DNA of 32,000 nucleotides from Candidatus Caldarchaeales archaeon (GCA_039630085.1 JBCNVM010000002.1:101803-133802); one strand, 5' to 3'; positions 6,483 to 15,149 are shown, counted from the stretch's first letter. Notes: generated by a model not told the origin, from the sequence alone. Made by a program: numbers and translations.

Positions 6483-7610
6483 CTACGGGCTGCCCGTCCC
6501 CGCCGCTCTCTCCTTCTTCCCCCTGCCGAGCCTCTCGTGGGCCCTCGCGAGGTGGTGAGCCGAGAGGGCGGACATTAGCGAGAGCTCGCCGGCCAGCGCG
6601 GCCGCCGCCAGCACCTCCGCGAACCTCTTCGCGTTGGTCCCCGGAGGGTCTCCGGGCCCCGCGACGCCCATGATCGAGAGCGCGGCCCTCTGCGCGGGGA
6701 GCCAGGTGCCGCCGCCGACGGTCCCGACCTCGAGGCTGGGCATCGTGAGGCTGAAGTAGAGGTCGCCGTCCTGCGTGACGTCTGCGAAGGAGATCGACAT
6801 GCTGGACTCTACGACCTGTGCGGGGTCCTGGCCGGTCGCGATGAAGACCGCCGCGACCACATTCGCGACGTGGGCGTTGAAGCCCCCGAGGGCCCCCGCC
6901 AAGGCAGACCCGACGTAGAGCTTCGCGGAGACCACCTTGACCACGGCCTCGGGGGTCGTCTTCAGCACCGAGGCGACCGCCTCCCTCTTGATCACGGCCT
7001 CCGCGGAGACGGTCTTCCCCCTTCCGGTCACCCAGTTGACGGCCGCGGGCTTCTTGTCGGTGCAGAGGTTGCCGCTGAGGGAGACGTGCCTGACCCAGTC
7101 GAGCCTCGACGCGATCTCCTCGACGACGCGCTCCGCTGCCCTCGTGACCATGTTCATCCCCATCGCGTCGCCCGTCGTGGCCTCCATCCTGAGGAAGACG
7201 TACTTCCCGGCTACGAAGGGCCTGATCGCCCTTAGGTCGCCGTGGGAGGTCGTGGACCTGAAGGCCTCCCTGAGGACCTGGAAGTTCTCCTCGATCCACT
7301 TCGCGAGCCTTAGGCTCCACTCGAGGCCCGGAGTCTCGAGCGCTGGGGCTCTCGTCATCTTGTCGTCCAAGACCCTCGCCCTCACCGCGCCAGAGGCCCT
7401 TATCGCGGAGGCTCCCCTGTTCACCGTCGCGACCAAGGCGCCCTCCGTCGTCGCAAGGGGGACGTAGGCGTCGCCCCTGAAGTGTTCGCCCTCGACCGGA
7501 ATGGGTCCGGCTATACCAACAGGAACAGTGACGCCCCCTATCGTGTTCTCGCAGTTCCGGCCGATTATCCCCTCGAACGGCAGGTCGACGTTCAGGGCCG
7601 AGAGGTCCAA
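6483..7610 (-). CDS. hmgA: 3-hydroxy-3-methylglutaryl-CoA reductase, class I (archaeal)
   Basis: ENTIGGVTVPVGIAGP, TTEGALVA, DAMGMNMV and GTVGGGT motifs. 7610 is the first canonical start (TTG), but conserved N-terminal sequence continues in frame upstream to about 7745 (see findings). Confidence 0.9.
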   Translation of the reverse strand: MDLSALNVDLPFEGIIGRNCENTIGGVTVPVGIAGPIPVEGEHFRGDAYVPLATTEGALVATVNRGASAIRASGAVRARVLDDKMTRAPALETPGLEWSLRLAKWIEENFQVLREAFRSTTSHGDLRAIRPFVAGKYVFLRMEATTGDAMGMNMVTRAAERVVEEIASRLDWVRHVSLSGNLCTDKKPAAVNWVTGRGKTVSAEAVIKREAVASVLKTTPEAVVKVVSAKLYVGSALAGALGGFNAHVANVVAAVFIATGQDPAQVVESSMSISFADVTQDGDLYFSLTMPSLEVGTVGGGTWLPAQRAALSIMGVAGPGDPPGTNAKRFAEVLAAAALAGELSLMSALSAHHLARAHERLGRGKKERAAGTGSP

Positions 7611-7743
7611 GTGGAGCTTGCTCTCGAGGAACCTCCTCCGGAGCGCGGTCGCGTGTCTGGGACCGACGATCTCGTCGAGCGCGTGGAGCTTGACCCTCCC
7701 GGTCAGCAGGTCCTCGAGCGTGACGGCCTCGGTCCCGCTCAGC

Positions 7744-9279
7744 TCACCTCACCACCTTCGGGACCGTCGGCGAGTACCTCATCCTCTCCCTGACGGGCTT
7801 CGGCCAATCGTCGACCTCGAACCCGTGCCTCGCGAGGAAGGCCGCGGCCCACCTCGAGATCCCGTGGCCGATGCAGCCGGTCCAGATCGGCCTCTCCTTC
7901 ACCTCCTTTATCCTGAAGGCGTTGACGTAGAAGTCCCTGTGCACCGTCGCGGCCGTGATCTCGAGCCACTCGGCGCTCTCCCTATCTCCCCTGTAGGCCA
8001 TGTAGACCTCGACGTCGAGCGTCGGGATCTTCGCGGACGTCGAGACGTCGATCACCCTCTTCCTGGCCTCCTCGGGGGAGAGGTAGAAGGGCGCTCCAGC
8101 GACGACCCGCCACTCGAGGTCCAAGTCCTTATCGACTACCTCGACGGCCCTGTCGACGACCGAGTCCCTCAGCTCGACGACGTCCTCCGGAGAGCCTAGC
8201 ACCACCATCTCCATCCTGAGGAACTCGTTGGTCCTGACGATCCCCTCGACCCCTCCCGCCTCGTTCCTCCACGTCCACCCTCCCATCACGTCGAAGGCCT
8301 TCACCGGGAGGTCCTCGACCCTGACGTACTCCTGGCTGAAGAACTGGTAGAAGGGCGGGCACTGGACCGCGTCCAGGACGTACCTCGGGTCCTCGAGGAC
8401 GCCCCTCAGCAGGTCAATTCTGAGCTCCTTCCTGAGCGAGTACTCCCTCTTGAACTCGGTGAAGGCGTCCGGGTCCCTCGGGGGCGGACAGACGTAGAAG
8501 AGGCCCTCAGGGAGGTGCTCGACGTAGGTGGAGAGCCTCTGGAAGACCTCCATCGGGAGGAGCCTCGGGAAGACCCACTCTTGGAAGCCGAGCGGCAGGC
8601 ATATTCGGTCTATTATCAGCTGAACTATGGACCTGATGAGCGAGGCCATGGGAGGAGCGTAGATCCACTGGCCCCTACCCGGGAAACGCTTGATCCAGCC
8701 GAGCGACTCCGCCACCTGCCCCACGTCCTCGGTCACCTTCTGGGGCTTCGCGGGACCTCTCCTCAGGACGGTCCCGAAGGTCGCCGGGACCACGATCTCC
8801 TCCGCGACCGCGCTGACCCTCACCCTCCTCAGCGCCCTCTCCACGAGCCTGTCCTGTAGCTCCTTCTCGGTAAGGCCCGCGAACTTGACCTCGAGCGACT
8901 CCCCGACCTGCGAGACCTCCGCGACGCCCTCCAGCTCCCTCACCGCCCTCTCCCTGTCGAAGCCCCTCTCCAGCCGGACCCTCAGCTCCTCGACCAGCGT
9001 CCCCCTGACCCCGACCCTGTAGGACCTCCCCATCGACTCCGCGACCGCGTTCTTCAGCCTCAGGACCGCGTCGGTCGCCCATACCGCGGTCCCCGACTCG
9101 ACCTCGAACTGGAACTCGTTCCCCCTCAGCTCGAACCTCAGCAGCCTCGCGCCCTCGGCCGCCTTCTCCGGCGAGACTCCCTTCGAGAGGGCCGCGTTGA
9201 GGTCCGCGACGACCCTCTGGAGGCCCTCCGCGTCGACGGACGGCGCTGCGCTGAGGACGAACTTGCCCCTCGCGAGCAT
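7744..9279 (-). CDS. serS: Seryl-tRNA synthetase, methanogen-type (type 2)
   Basis: Collinear with the M. barkeri/M. jannaschii-type SerRS as I recall it: GWIKRFPGRGQWIY, FYVCPPPRDPD, VQCPPFY, VKAFDVMGGWTWRNEAGG, EFLRME, WTGCIGHGISRWAAAFLARHGF. Start placed at ATG 9279 (MLARGKFVL..). The ORF extends to an upstream ATG at 9354. Confidence 0.85.
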   Translation of the reverse strand: MLARGKFVLSAAPSVDAEGLQRVVADLNAALSKGVSPEKAAEGARLLRFELRGNEFQFEVESGTAVWATDAVLRLKNAVAESMGRSYRVGVRGTLVEELRVRLERGFDRERAVRELEGVAEVSQVGESLEVKFAGLTEKELQDRLVERALRRVRVSAVAEEIVVPATFGTVLRRGPAKPQKVTEDVGQVAESLGWIKRFPGRGQWIYAPPMASLIRSIVQLIIDRICLPLGFQEWVFPRLLPMEVFQRLSTYVEHLPEGLFYVCPPPRDPDAFTEFKREYSLRKELRIDLLRGVLEDPRYVLDAVQCPPFYQFFSQEYVRVEDLPVKAFDVMGGWTWRNEAGGVEGIVRTNEFLRMEMVVLGSPEDVVELRDSVVDRAVEVVDKDLDLEWRVVAGAPFYLSPEEARKRVIDVSTSAKIPTLDVEVYMAYRGDRESAEWLEITAATVHRDFYVNAFRIKEVKERPIWTGCIGHGISRWAAAFLARHGFEVDDWPKPVRERMRYSPTVPKVVR

Positions 9280-9405
9280 CCTCAAAGCCTTTCCACGACC
9301 TGTGGTCCTCCGGTAACATAAACTTACGCGGAATCCCGCTGAGGCCTCCGCCATCGACCTTCGCTGTAGACTGATATAGGACCCGGGGTCGAGGGTGATG
9401 CGAGG

Positions 9406-9747
9406 ATGGAGTTCTGCCCGAACTGCGGCAGCTTCATGACGACCGCGAGGACGAGCGGAGGAGTCGCGCTAGTCTGCAGGCGATGCGGCTACAGGAAGGC
9501 GGGCAGGACCGTGGAGATCAGGCTGAGGGCCTCCAACAGGCCTACAGGAAGGCAGAGGGTGGGCGTCGTCGTGGAGGAGGCCGATGTGGAGTCCTCGGTC
9601 CACCCGAAGACGACCGACGTGGTCTGTCCGGAGTGCGGGAACAGGGAGGCCTACTGGTGGACGGTGCAGACGAGGTCCGCCGACGAGCCGATGACCCAGT
9701 TCTTCAGGTGCACCAGGTGCGGCCACACCTGGCGCGAGTACTCCTGA
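9406..9747 (+). CDS. tfs: Transcription factor S (TFS) / RNA polymerase subunit M family
   Basis: 113 aa. N-terminal Zn ribbon CPNCG..CRRCG, C-terminal Zn ribbon CPECG..CTRCGHTW, and the acidic-loop motif QTRSADEP. Confidence 0.9.
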   Translation: MEFCPNCGSFMTTARTSGGVALVCRRCGYRKAGRTVEIRLRASNRPTGRQRVGVVVEEADVESSVHPKTTDVVCPECGNREAYWWTVQTRSADEPMTQFFRCTRCGHTWREYS

Positions 9748-9755
9748 GCACGCGC

Positions 9756-10475
9756 TCACCTCTCGACGAGGACCGCCTTCTTCCTGCACCCCACCGGGAA
9801 CCTGATGGAGTTCCAGACCTCCTCCCTGGCGTGGAGCGAGTAGATCCCTGAGCACCTGATCCCCCTGTCCTGGAGGAAGGAGATGAAGTCCGTGAGCGGA
9901 CTGGGCGATCCGACCGAGCTCGCGAAGACCAACACCCCGTCCCTGAAGGCCCTGATGACCGACGGCACCCAGAGGTGCCTCGAGGAGTAGTCGCCCTTCG
10001 GCCTGTAGGTGACCGGGAAGTATTCCTCCGTGTCGCACATCGGCCGCTCGCCGATCATCACGATCCCGCAGCCCGTGACGAGCGAGAACGCGACTGTCAG
10101 GGGGACTGCCTGTGGGTCCAAGTTCGCGGCCCCGACCACCCTGGTCCCCTCGAACGTCCCGAGCGCGTGGTACGCGAGGAGCTTCAGGGCCTGGCCGTCG
10201 GCGGCGAGCCTGACCGCCCATCCATCCCGGTAGTGCTCAACGTACTCCCTCACGAGCTCCTCAGGCCTTATGATCTCGAGGGCGCGCCTCACGATCTCCC
10301 TCGCTACGCGCGGCCTCGGGACGGTCCTCCTGTGGAGGTACCTCACGAGGGTCGACTGCGAGATCCCCAACAGCTTCGAGAGCTTGCTGTAGTTGTACCT
10401 GCTCTTGAGGAAAGAGAGGACGTCGACCGCCGCGGTCACGTTCTGCGTCGTGATCACCGTCCTCCGGGCGGTCAT
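9756..10475 (-). CDS. Putative transcriptional regulator: N-terminal HTH fused to a phosphoribosyltransferase-like domain
   Basis: 239 aa. HTH-like YSKLSKLLGISQSTLVRYL. The C-terminal part has PRTase-like topology (hydrophobic strand VLVFASSVGSPSPL at the place of the PRPP loop), but the acidic DD pair is absent. Confidence 0.5.
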   Translation of the reverse strand: MTARRTVITTQNVTAAVDVLSFLKSRYNYSKLSKLLGISQSTLVRYLHRRTVPRPRVAREIVRRALEIIRPEELVREYVEHYRDGWAVRLAADGQALKLLAYHALGTFEGTRVVGAANLDPQAVPLTVAFSLVTGCGIVMIGERPMCDTEEYFPVTYRPKGDYSSRHLWVPSVIRAFRDGVLVFASSVGSPSPLTDFISFLQDRGIRCSGIYSLHAREEVWNSIRFPVGCRKKAVLVER

Positions 10476-10530
10476 CCCCCACAGACCTTCCGTCCGAAAT
10501 TAAGTGATTATCCCCCGGGTCCGGAGCCAC

Positions 10531-11052
10531 TCATTCGCGGAGCCTCAGGTTCCTCCTGTGGTGCTCGGGGAGGACGCCGAGGAGCCTCTCGTAGGTGCCG
10601 GAGAGGAGCTCGGGGAGCACCTTGGTGTCGCCTATCACCGGCATGAAGTTCGTGTCGCCCACCCACCTCGGGACCACGTGGACGTGTATGTGGTCCTCTA
10701 TACCTGCGCCGGCCGCCTTGCCCAAGTTCATCCCCACGTTGAACCCCGAGGGCCTGTAGGCCTTGTTCAGCAGCTCGACGGAGAGCCTCGTAAGGCTCAT
10801 CATCTCGGCCAGTTCGTGGTCCCGGAGCCTCGTGATGTCCCCCTCGTGCCTCACCGTCGCGACCATCAGGTGTCCGGTGTTGTACGGGAACGCGTTCAGG
10901 ATGACGAAGGCCCTCCTTCCCCTTACTAGGATTAGGTTAGCCCGGTCGTCGCTGTCGTTGAACTTCTGGCAGAAGATGCACCCCTCCCTCGGGCCCGACT
11001 TCACCGCCTTCTCGATGTAGCCCATCCTCCAAGGCGCCCAGAGCCTCTCCAC
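10531..11052 (-). CDS. HIT-family nucleotide hydrolase/phosphorylase (histidine triad)
   Basis: 173 aa. Histidine triad HIHVHVVPRW, CIFC Zn-like motif, and NAFPYNTGHLMV typical of the GalT/Ap4A-phosphorylase-like HIT branch. Confidence 0.85.
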   Translation of the reverse strand: MERLWAPWRMGYIEKAVKSGPREGCIFCQKFNDSDDRANLILVRGRRAFVILNAFPYNTGHLMVATVRHEGDITRLRDHELAEMMSLTRLSVELLNKAYRPSGFNVGMNLGKAAGAGIEDHIHVHVVPRWVGDTNFMPVIGDTKVLPELLSGTYERLLGVLPEHHRRNLRLRE

Positions 11053-11108
11053 GCACGTTGGTCGCTGACCACGCCCTTAAAGCTTGAGCCCTCAACGGGA
11101 CAGCGTTA

Positions 11109-11345
11109 TTGACGAGCTGCGGCCTCTTCGAGGTGGTGTCGGTGTTGTTCTACGTCGTGAGGTGCCCCAAGTGCTCCAAGATCTCCGTGACGAGGGCTAG
11201 GACGGCCTACAGGTGTCCGTTCTGCGGCCTGAAGGTCTCGGTCGACGAGACGACGGTCCTCCACGTCGCGAGGGACGCCAGAAGGGCTAGGGAAGTCGCG
11301 TCACAGCTGAAGGTCAGGGGCTCAGGCTCGGATCAGACCGAGTGA
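11109..11345 (+). CDS. Small zinc-ribbon protein (DUF1922-like)
   Basis: CPKC..(17)..CPFCG four-Cys ribbon followed by a basic helix, resembling small archaeal DUF1922 proteins. The true start may be an internal GTG/TTG near 11145-11150. The 3' end overlaps the convergent oxidoreductase gene by 13 nt. Confidence 0.5.
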   Translation: MTSCGLFEVVSVLFYVVRCPKCSKISVTRARTAYRCPFCGLKVSVDETTVLHVARDARRAREVASQLKVRGSGSDQTE

Positions 11346-12469
11346 AGCTCCACGACCCGTGACTCCCCTGTGAGGGCCATCCGCCTAGAGGGCGAGGCCC
11401 ACTCCGCCTCCCTCCCGTAGACCACGGCCTCTAGGAGGAGCTCGGCGACGCCCGCCGACCTCATCAGGCCGTAGCCGTCGAGCCCGTCGACGACGAAGCA
11501 GTTGCTGGTCCCGGGCACCCTGCCCACCAGCGGCATTCCGTCGTACGTCGAGCTGCAGGGCCCCGCCCATCCGCCGTCTACGAGAACGCCCTCGGGCCGC
11601 CTCAGCCTCTCCGAGAGAAGGTCCACGATGTGGTACACGTACTCAGGCTCGACCGGACCTATCGCGCCCTCAGCCCTGTCGACCACCCTCGAGTAACCGT
11701 TCCCGGCCAGCGAGGTCCTGCCGAATTCCCGCCGCATGTAGAGGTGGTTTTCGGAGACGTAAAAGGGGACGTAGCTGCGCGGCTCAGGTATCCTCAGCTT
11801 CACCACCTGGCACTTGTATATCACCGTGGGGACATCGTAGATCCCGAGCTCCGACAACAGAGGCCTGTTCCACGGTCCGGCCGCGAAGACCAAGTTGTCG
11901 GCCCTCAGGCTCCCCGTGCCGTTGAGTTGGACATCCTCTATCGAGTCGCCCGAGGTGCGGACCCCGGTTATCCTGTTCCCCGAGTAGACCTTCACGCCCA
12001 GCTGGTCGATGAGCCTCGAGTAGGCCCTCCCGAGCCCCTCCAAGTCTACGACCCTGTCGACTCCCGTGTAGACACCCATCTCGTGGTCCTTGGTCAGGAG
12101 CACCGGGACCAGCTCCTGCAGCCCCTCGCGGTCCAGCAGCCTGCAGTTCACGCCCTGCGAAGCTAGTGACCTCGCGGTCTCCTCAGCCATCCACCGGGGC
12201 TCGACGGTGACGAACCCGGTCTCCTCCATGAACTTCACCTCCGAAAGCGTCTCGACCTCCTCGAGGACCTCTATCGTCCTCATGGCCAGCCTGATGTCTT
12301 GCTCGAGGCTCAACTGGGCAGTCACAATCCCCGCGCTGAAACCCGTGGCCCCGCTCAGAACGTTGTGCCGCTCGATCAGCGCTACCTTCATTCCCCTCTT
12401 CGCTGCGAGGTAGGAGATCGCGAGCCCGACTGCTCCACCGCCGATCACCGCTATGTCGTATGAAGTCAC
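11333..12469 (-). CDS. FAD-dependent oxidoreductase (DAO family, glycine/sarcosine-oxidase-like)
   Basis: 378 aa. N-terminal dinucleotide-binding motif YDIAVIGGGAVGLAISYLAAKRG..V.LIE, with DAO-family length and layout. Confidence 0.8.
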   Translation of the reverse strand: MTSYDIAVIGGGAVGLAISYLAAKRGMKVALIERHNVLSGATGFSAGIVTAQLSLEQDIRLAMRTIEVLEEVETLSEVKFMEETGFVTVEPRWMAEETARSLASQGVNCRLLDREGLQELVPVLLTKDHEMGVYTGVDRVVDLEGLGRAYSRLIDQLGVKVYSGNRITGVRTSGDSIEDVQLNGTGSLRADNLVFAAGPWNRPLLSELGIYDVPTVIYKCQVVKLRIPEPRSYVPFYVSENHLYMRREFGRTSLAGNGYSRVVDRAEGAIGPVEPEYVYHIVDLLSERLRRPEGVLVDGGWAGPCSSTYDGMPLVGRVPGTSNCFVVDGLDGYGLMRSAGVAELLLEAVVYGREAEWASPSRRMALTGESRVVELHSV

Positions 12470-12603
12470 GGGCTTTCCCCGATCATTTCGTTTCCATCAT
12501 GTGATATAACTGTAGGTTCTTTTATTTTCAGTAATACGGCGAAATGATATAATAAAAACCAAGCTCTTAAAACACATTGCGAGAAATTGCACGCAAAAGG
12601 AAC

Positions 12604-14022
12604 TTATCTTGATGAACCGGACGTTATGTAGCTATTAAGTATCCTATGGAACTTTTTTACAACGTCTACGGCATTAACACCGAATATAAGGGTCATGGGC
12701 TCTTTTCCGTAATCTCCAGTGTGATATACTAGGTCAGTCACTCTGCCAGTGGACTTTATGGCTTCACCGACGCCCCACCTGATCGTCATCCCTTCAACCC
12801 GCTTGATGTCCGGAGGCTCCCTGGCGCGGTCGTAGCTCGAGACCGAATATCCAAGGGAGCGGGCTACCTCGATGAACCTCGCGTCGAACCTCACGTTCAT
12901 CGCGGACCTGATCCCCCTGTCGAAGGAGTGCGCGGTTAAGACCGCTGAAGCCACGTGCCTCGAGCCTCCGGGCATGGGGCAGGTGCTGGCCCTGAGCCTT
13001 TCACCGGACCTCACGATCCTCCCGGGGTATCCGATCACGTCCTCAACGGACTGACCGTACTCTATCGTCTCGACCAGGTTGATCATCGACTCGGGGCACA
13101 TGAGACCAGCGCCCTCAATTGACTCGAGGAGCTCCGTCGCGGCCTGGACGCTCTCGCAGGCGTCGAGCAGCCGGGCCTTCCTGAGCGCGGCCCAGACCGG
13201 GTTCACGGGACCGGAACCGCGACCTAGGTCAAGACCGTACCGTATCGCGTCCTCGACGAACTTCTTCGCCATCCTCACCGACCCGACGACGCTCCTGCCG
13301 TGCGCCAAATGGGCAGCGATCGCGGAGGCAAAGACGCACCCTGTGCCATGGGTGTTCCTCGACTCGATGCGGTCGCCCTCGAGCGTGACGAGCTCGCCTT
13401 CGTGGTAGACCACGTCGACGACCTTACGGCCTGGGATGTGCCCTCCCTTCACCACGACCGCCTTGCAGCCGAGCTGCGCGATCTCCTTCGCGGCCCTCGC
13501 CTGGTCCTCGACCGACCTGACTTCGAAGCCGCAGAGCCTCTCGGCCTCTCTGGCGTTGGGCGTGACGACCGTGGCGATCGGTAGAAGCTCGGACCTCAAC
13601 GATTCGACGGCATCAGGCCTCAGCAGGGGAGCTCCGCTCTTGGCTACCATCACGGGGTCGACGACGATCGGGACTCCGACTCCCCTGAGCTCCGCGGCCA
13701 CGGCCCTGATTATCTCGGTGGTGTGGAGCATTCCGGTCTTCACGGAGTCTACCCCGATGTCCTCGACGCAGACCCTGATCTGCTCCACGACCATCTCGGG
13801 GTCCAGGTCCACGATCCTGGTCACCTGGTGCGTGTTCTGGGCCGTGATCGAGGTGATCGCGGACATGCCGTGGACGCCGAGCGCGGCGAACGTCTTCAGG
13901 TCAGCCTGTATCCCCGCACCTCCTCCCGAGTCCGAGCCTGCGACCGTGAGGGCCCTTGGCAGACGCACGGGGATCGACCTCGTCAGCGTCCGGGGTTTGC
14001 TCGCCCATAAGGGTGACCGCAC
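12604..14022 (-). CDS. thiDN: Bifunctional ThiD (hydroxymethylpyrimidine/phosphomethylpyrimidine kinase) fused to ThiN (thiamine-phosphate synthase)
   Basis: 472 aa. ThiD motifs TVAGSDSGGGAGIQADLKTF, VVDPVMVAKSG and GTGCVFASAIAA, plus an about 180-aa C-terminal ThiN-like domain as in archaeal ThiDN fusions. Confidence 0.85.
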   Translation of the reverse strand: MRSPLWASKPRTLTRSIPVRLPRALTVAGSDSGGGAGIQADLKTFAALGVHGMSAITSITAQNTHQVTRIVDLDPEMVVEQIRVCVEDIGVDSVKTGMLHTTEIIRAVAAELRGVGVPIVVDPVMVAKSGAPLLRPDAVESLRSELLPIATVVTPNAREAERLCGFEVRSVEDQARAAKEIAQLGCKAVVVKGGHIPGRKVVDVVYHEGELVTLEGDRIESRNTHGTGCVFASAIAAHLAHGRSVVGSVRMAKKFVEDAIRYGLDLGRGSGPVNPVWAALRKARLLDACESVQAATELLESIEGAGLMCPESMINLVETIEYGQSVEDVIGYPGRIVRSGERLRASTCPMPGGSRHVASAVLTAHSFDRGIRSAMNVRFDARFIEVARSLGYSVSSYDRAREPPDIKRVEGMTIRWGVGEAIKSTGRVTDLVYHTGDYGKEPMTLIFGVNAVDVVKKFHRILNSYITSGSSR

Positions 14023-14064
14023 GAGCTCGACCCGAGTGGGGCGCGTTAGACCCGACCGGCCCGC

Positions 14065-15015
14065 TCACACCTCCCTGACCATCCTGTTCCTCAACAGGCC
14101 GATCCTCTCGATCTCGGCCTCGACGACGTCGCCGTGCTTGAGGAACTCCCTCCCGGCCGCGGCAACGCCTGCCGGAGTCCCCGTCGCCAGAATGTCGCCG
14201 GGCATGAGGGTCAGACCGTCGGATAGGTACTCGATCAGCTCGCCGACCCTGAAGACCATGTCCTCGGTCGTGCTGTCCTGCCTCAGCTCTCCGTTGACCC
14301 TGAGGGTCAGCCTCAGAGGGTAGGGGCTGCCGACCTCGTCCCTGGTGACCAGGTAGGGCCCGCAAGGGGCAGCGGTGTCGAGGCTCTTCCCGTGAACCCA
14401 GTTGTACCCGAGCCGGCTCGCCCTCTGCGGCCAGCCCGGCGGGAACTGCTTGTCCCTGAAGCTGACGTCGTTGAAGACCGTGTACCCGGCGATGACCTCC
14501 TCCGCCTCCCTCCTCGAGACGTACTTCGCCTTCCTTCCTATCACGACCGCAAGCTCCACCTCGTAGTCGACCTTTGCCGAAGTCCGCGGTATCAGCACGT
14601 CCGACCCGTGGCCGACGAGCGCGTTGGCGAACTTCCCGAAGAAGTAGGGCCTCTCGGGTATCTCGACCGACATCTCCTCGGCGTGGGAGCGGTAGTTGAC
14701 CGCGACGCAGACGATCTTCTGCGGGTCCGGGACCGGAGGTAGGAACTCGACCTCGTCCGGCTCCCTGAGGACCGCGGCCTTAGTCTTGGGTTCCTCTTCG
14801 AGGATCCTCTCGGCCCTCTCCGCGAGCCTCCTGACGAATCCCATCGCCTCCTCTCCCGCCGAGAGCAACGCCATCATCGACCTGAGCCATCGGGGGACGG
14901 ACTCCTCGCCGTAGATGATCTTGTACGCGGATCCGACGTCCAATATCCCCCTTCTTGAAAGGAGCCCGAGCCTCACGTCCTCGTCGCCCTTTGCCCTGAA
15001 CGAGAGGAGCCTCAT
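14065..15015 (-). CDS. Fumarylacetoacetate hydrolase (FAH) family protein (2-keto-4-pentenoate hydratase / oxaloacetate decarboxylase-like)
   Basis: 316 aa. KIVCVAVNYRSHAEE, YEVELAVVIG and LMPGDILATGTPAGV are typical FAH-family motifs. Confidence 0.85.
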   Translation of the reverse strand: MRLLSFRAKGDEDVRLGLLSRRGILDVGSAYKIIYGEESVPRWLRSMMALLSAGEEAMGFVRRLAERAERILEEEPKTKAAVLREPDEVEFLPPVPDPQKIVCVAVNYRSHAEEMSVEIPERPYFFGKFANALVGHGSDVLIPRTSAKVDYEVELAVVIGRKAKYVSRREAEEVIAGYTVFNDVSFRDKQFPPGWPQRASRLGYNWVHGKSLDTAAPCGPYLVTRDEVGSPYPLRLTLRVNGELRQDSTTEDMVFRVGELIEYLSDGLTLMPGDILATGTPAGVAAAGREFLKHGDVVEAEIERIGLLRNRMVREV

Positions 15016-15149
15016 GGTCAGGATCTCGGGACGCGAGCGGTCAATACGCGGGTAAAAGGTTTGTGCGAGACTGCGGGGCGGTTCGTTGAGAGCGGGTTGA
15101 AGGGCTCGCTTCCTCGGCGCGCTCTCGATGCCCTAATCTCGAGCCACGA

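Noticed and set aside
6466-7320. 284-aa ORF on the minus strand, and + strand ORFs 6870-7467, inside hmgA
   Set aside because: These are shadow frames with R/G/E/D-rich composition. The 6483-7610 frame carries the unmistakable HMG-CoA reductase motifs.
13436-14323. 295-aa + strand ORF antisense to thiDN and the FAH gene
   Set aside because: The product is S/T/P/A-rich and low-complexity, spans two well-supported opposite-strand genes and their spacer, and has no motif.
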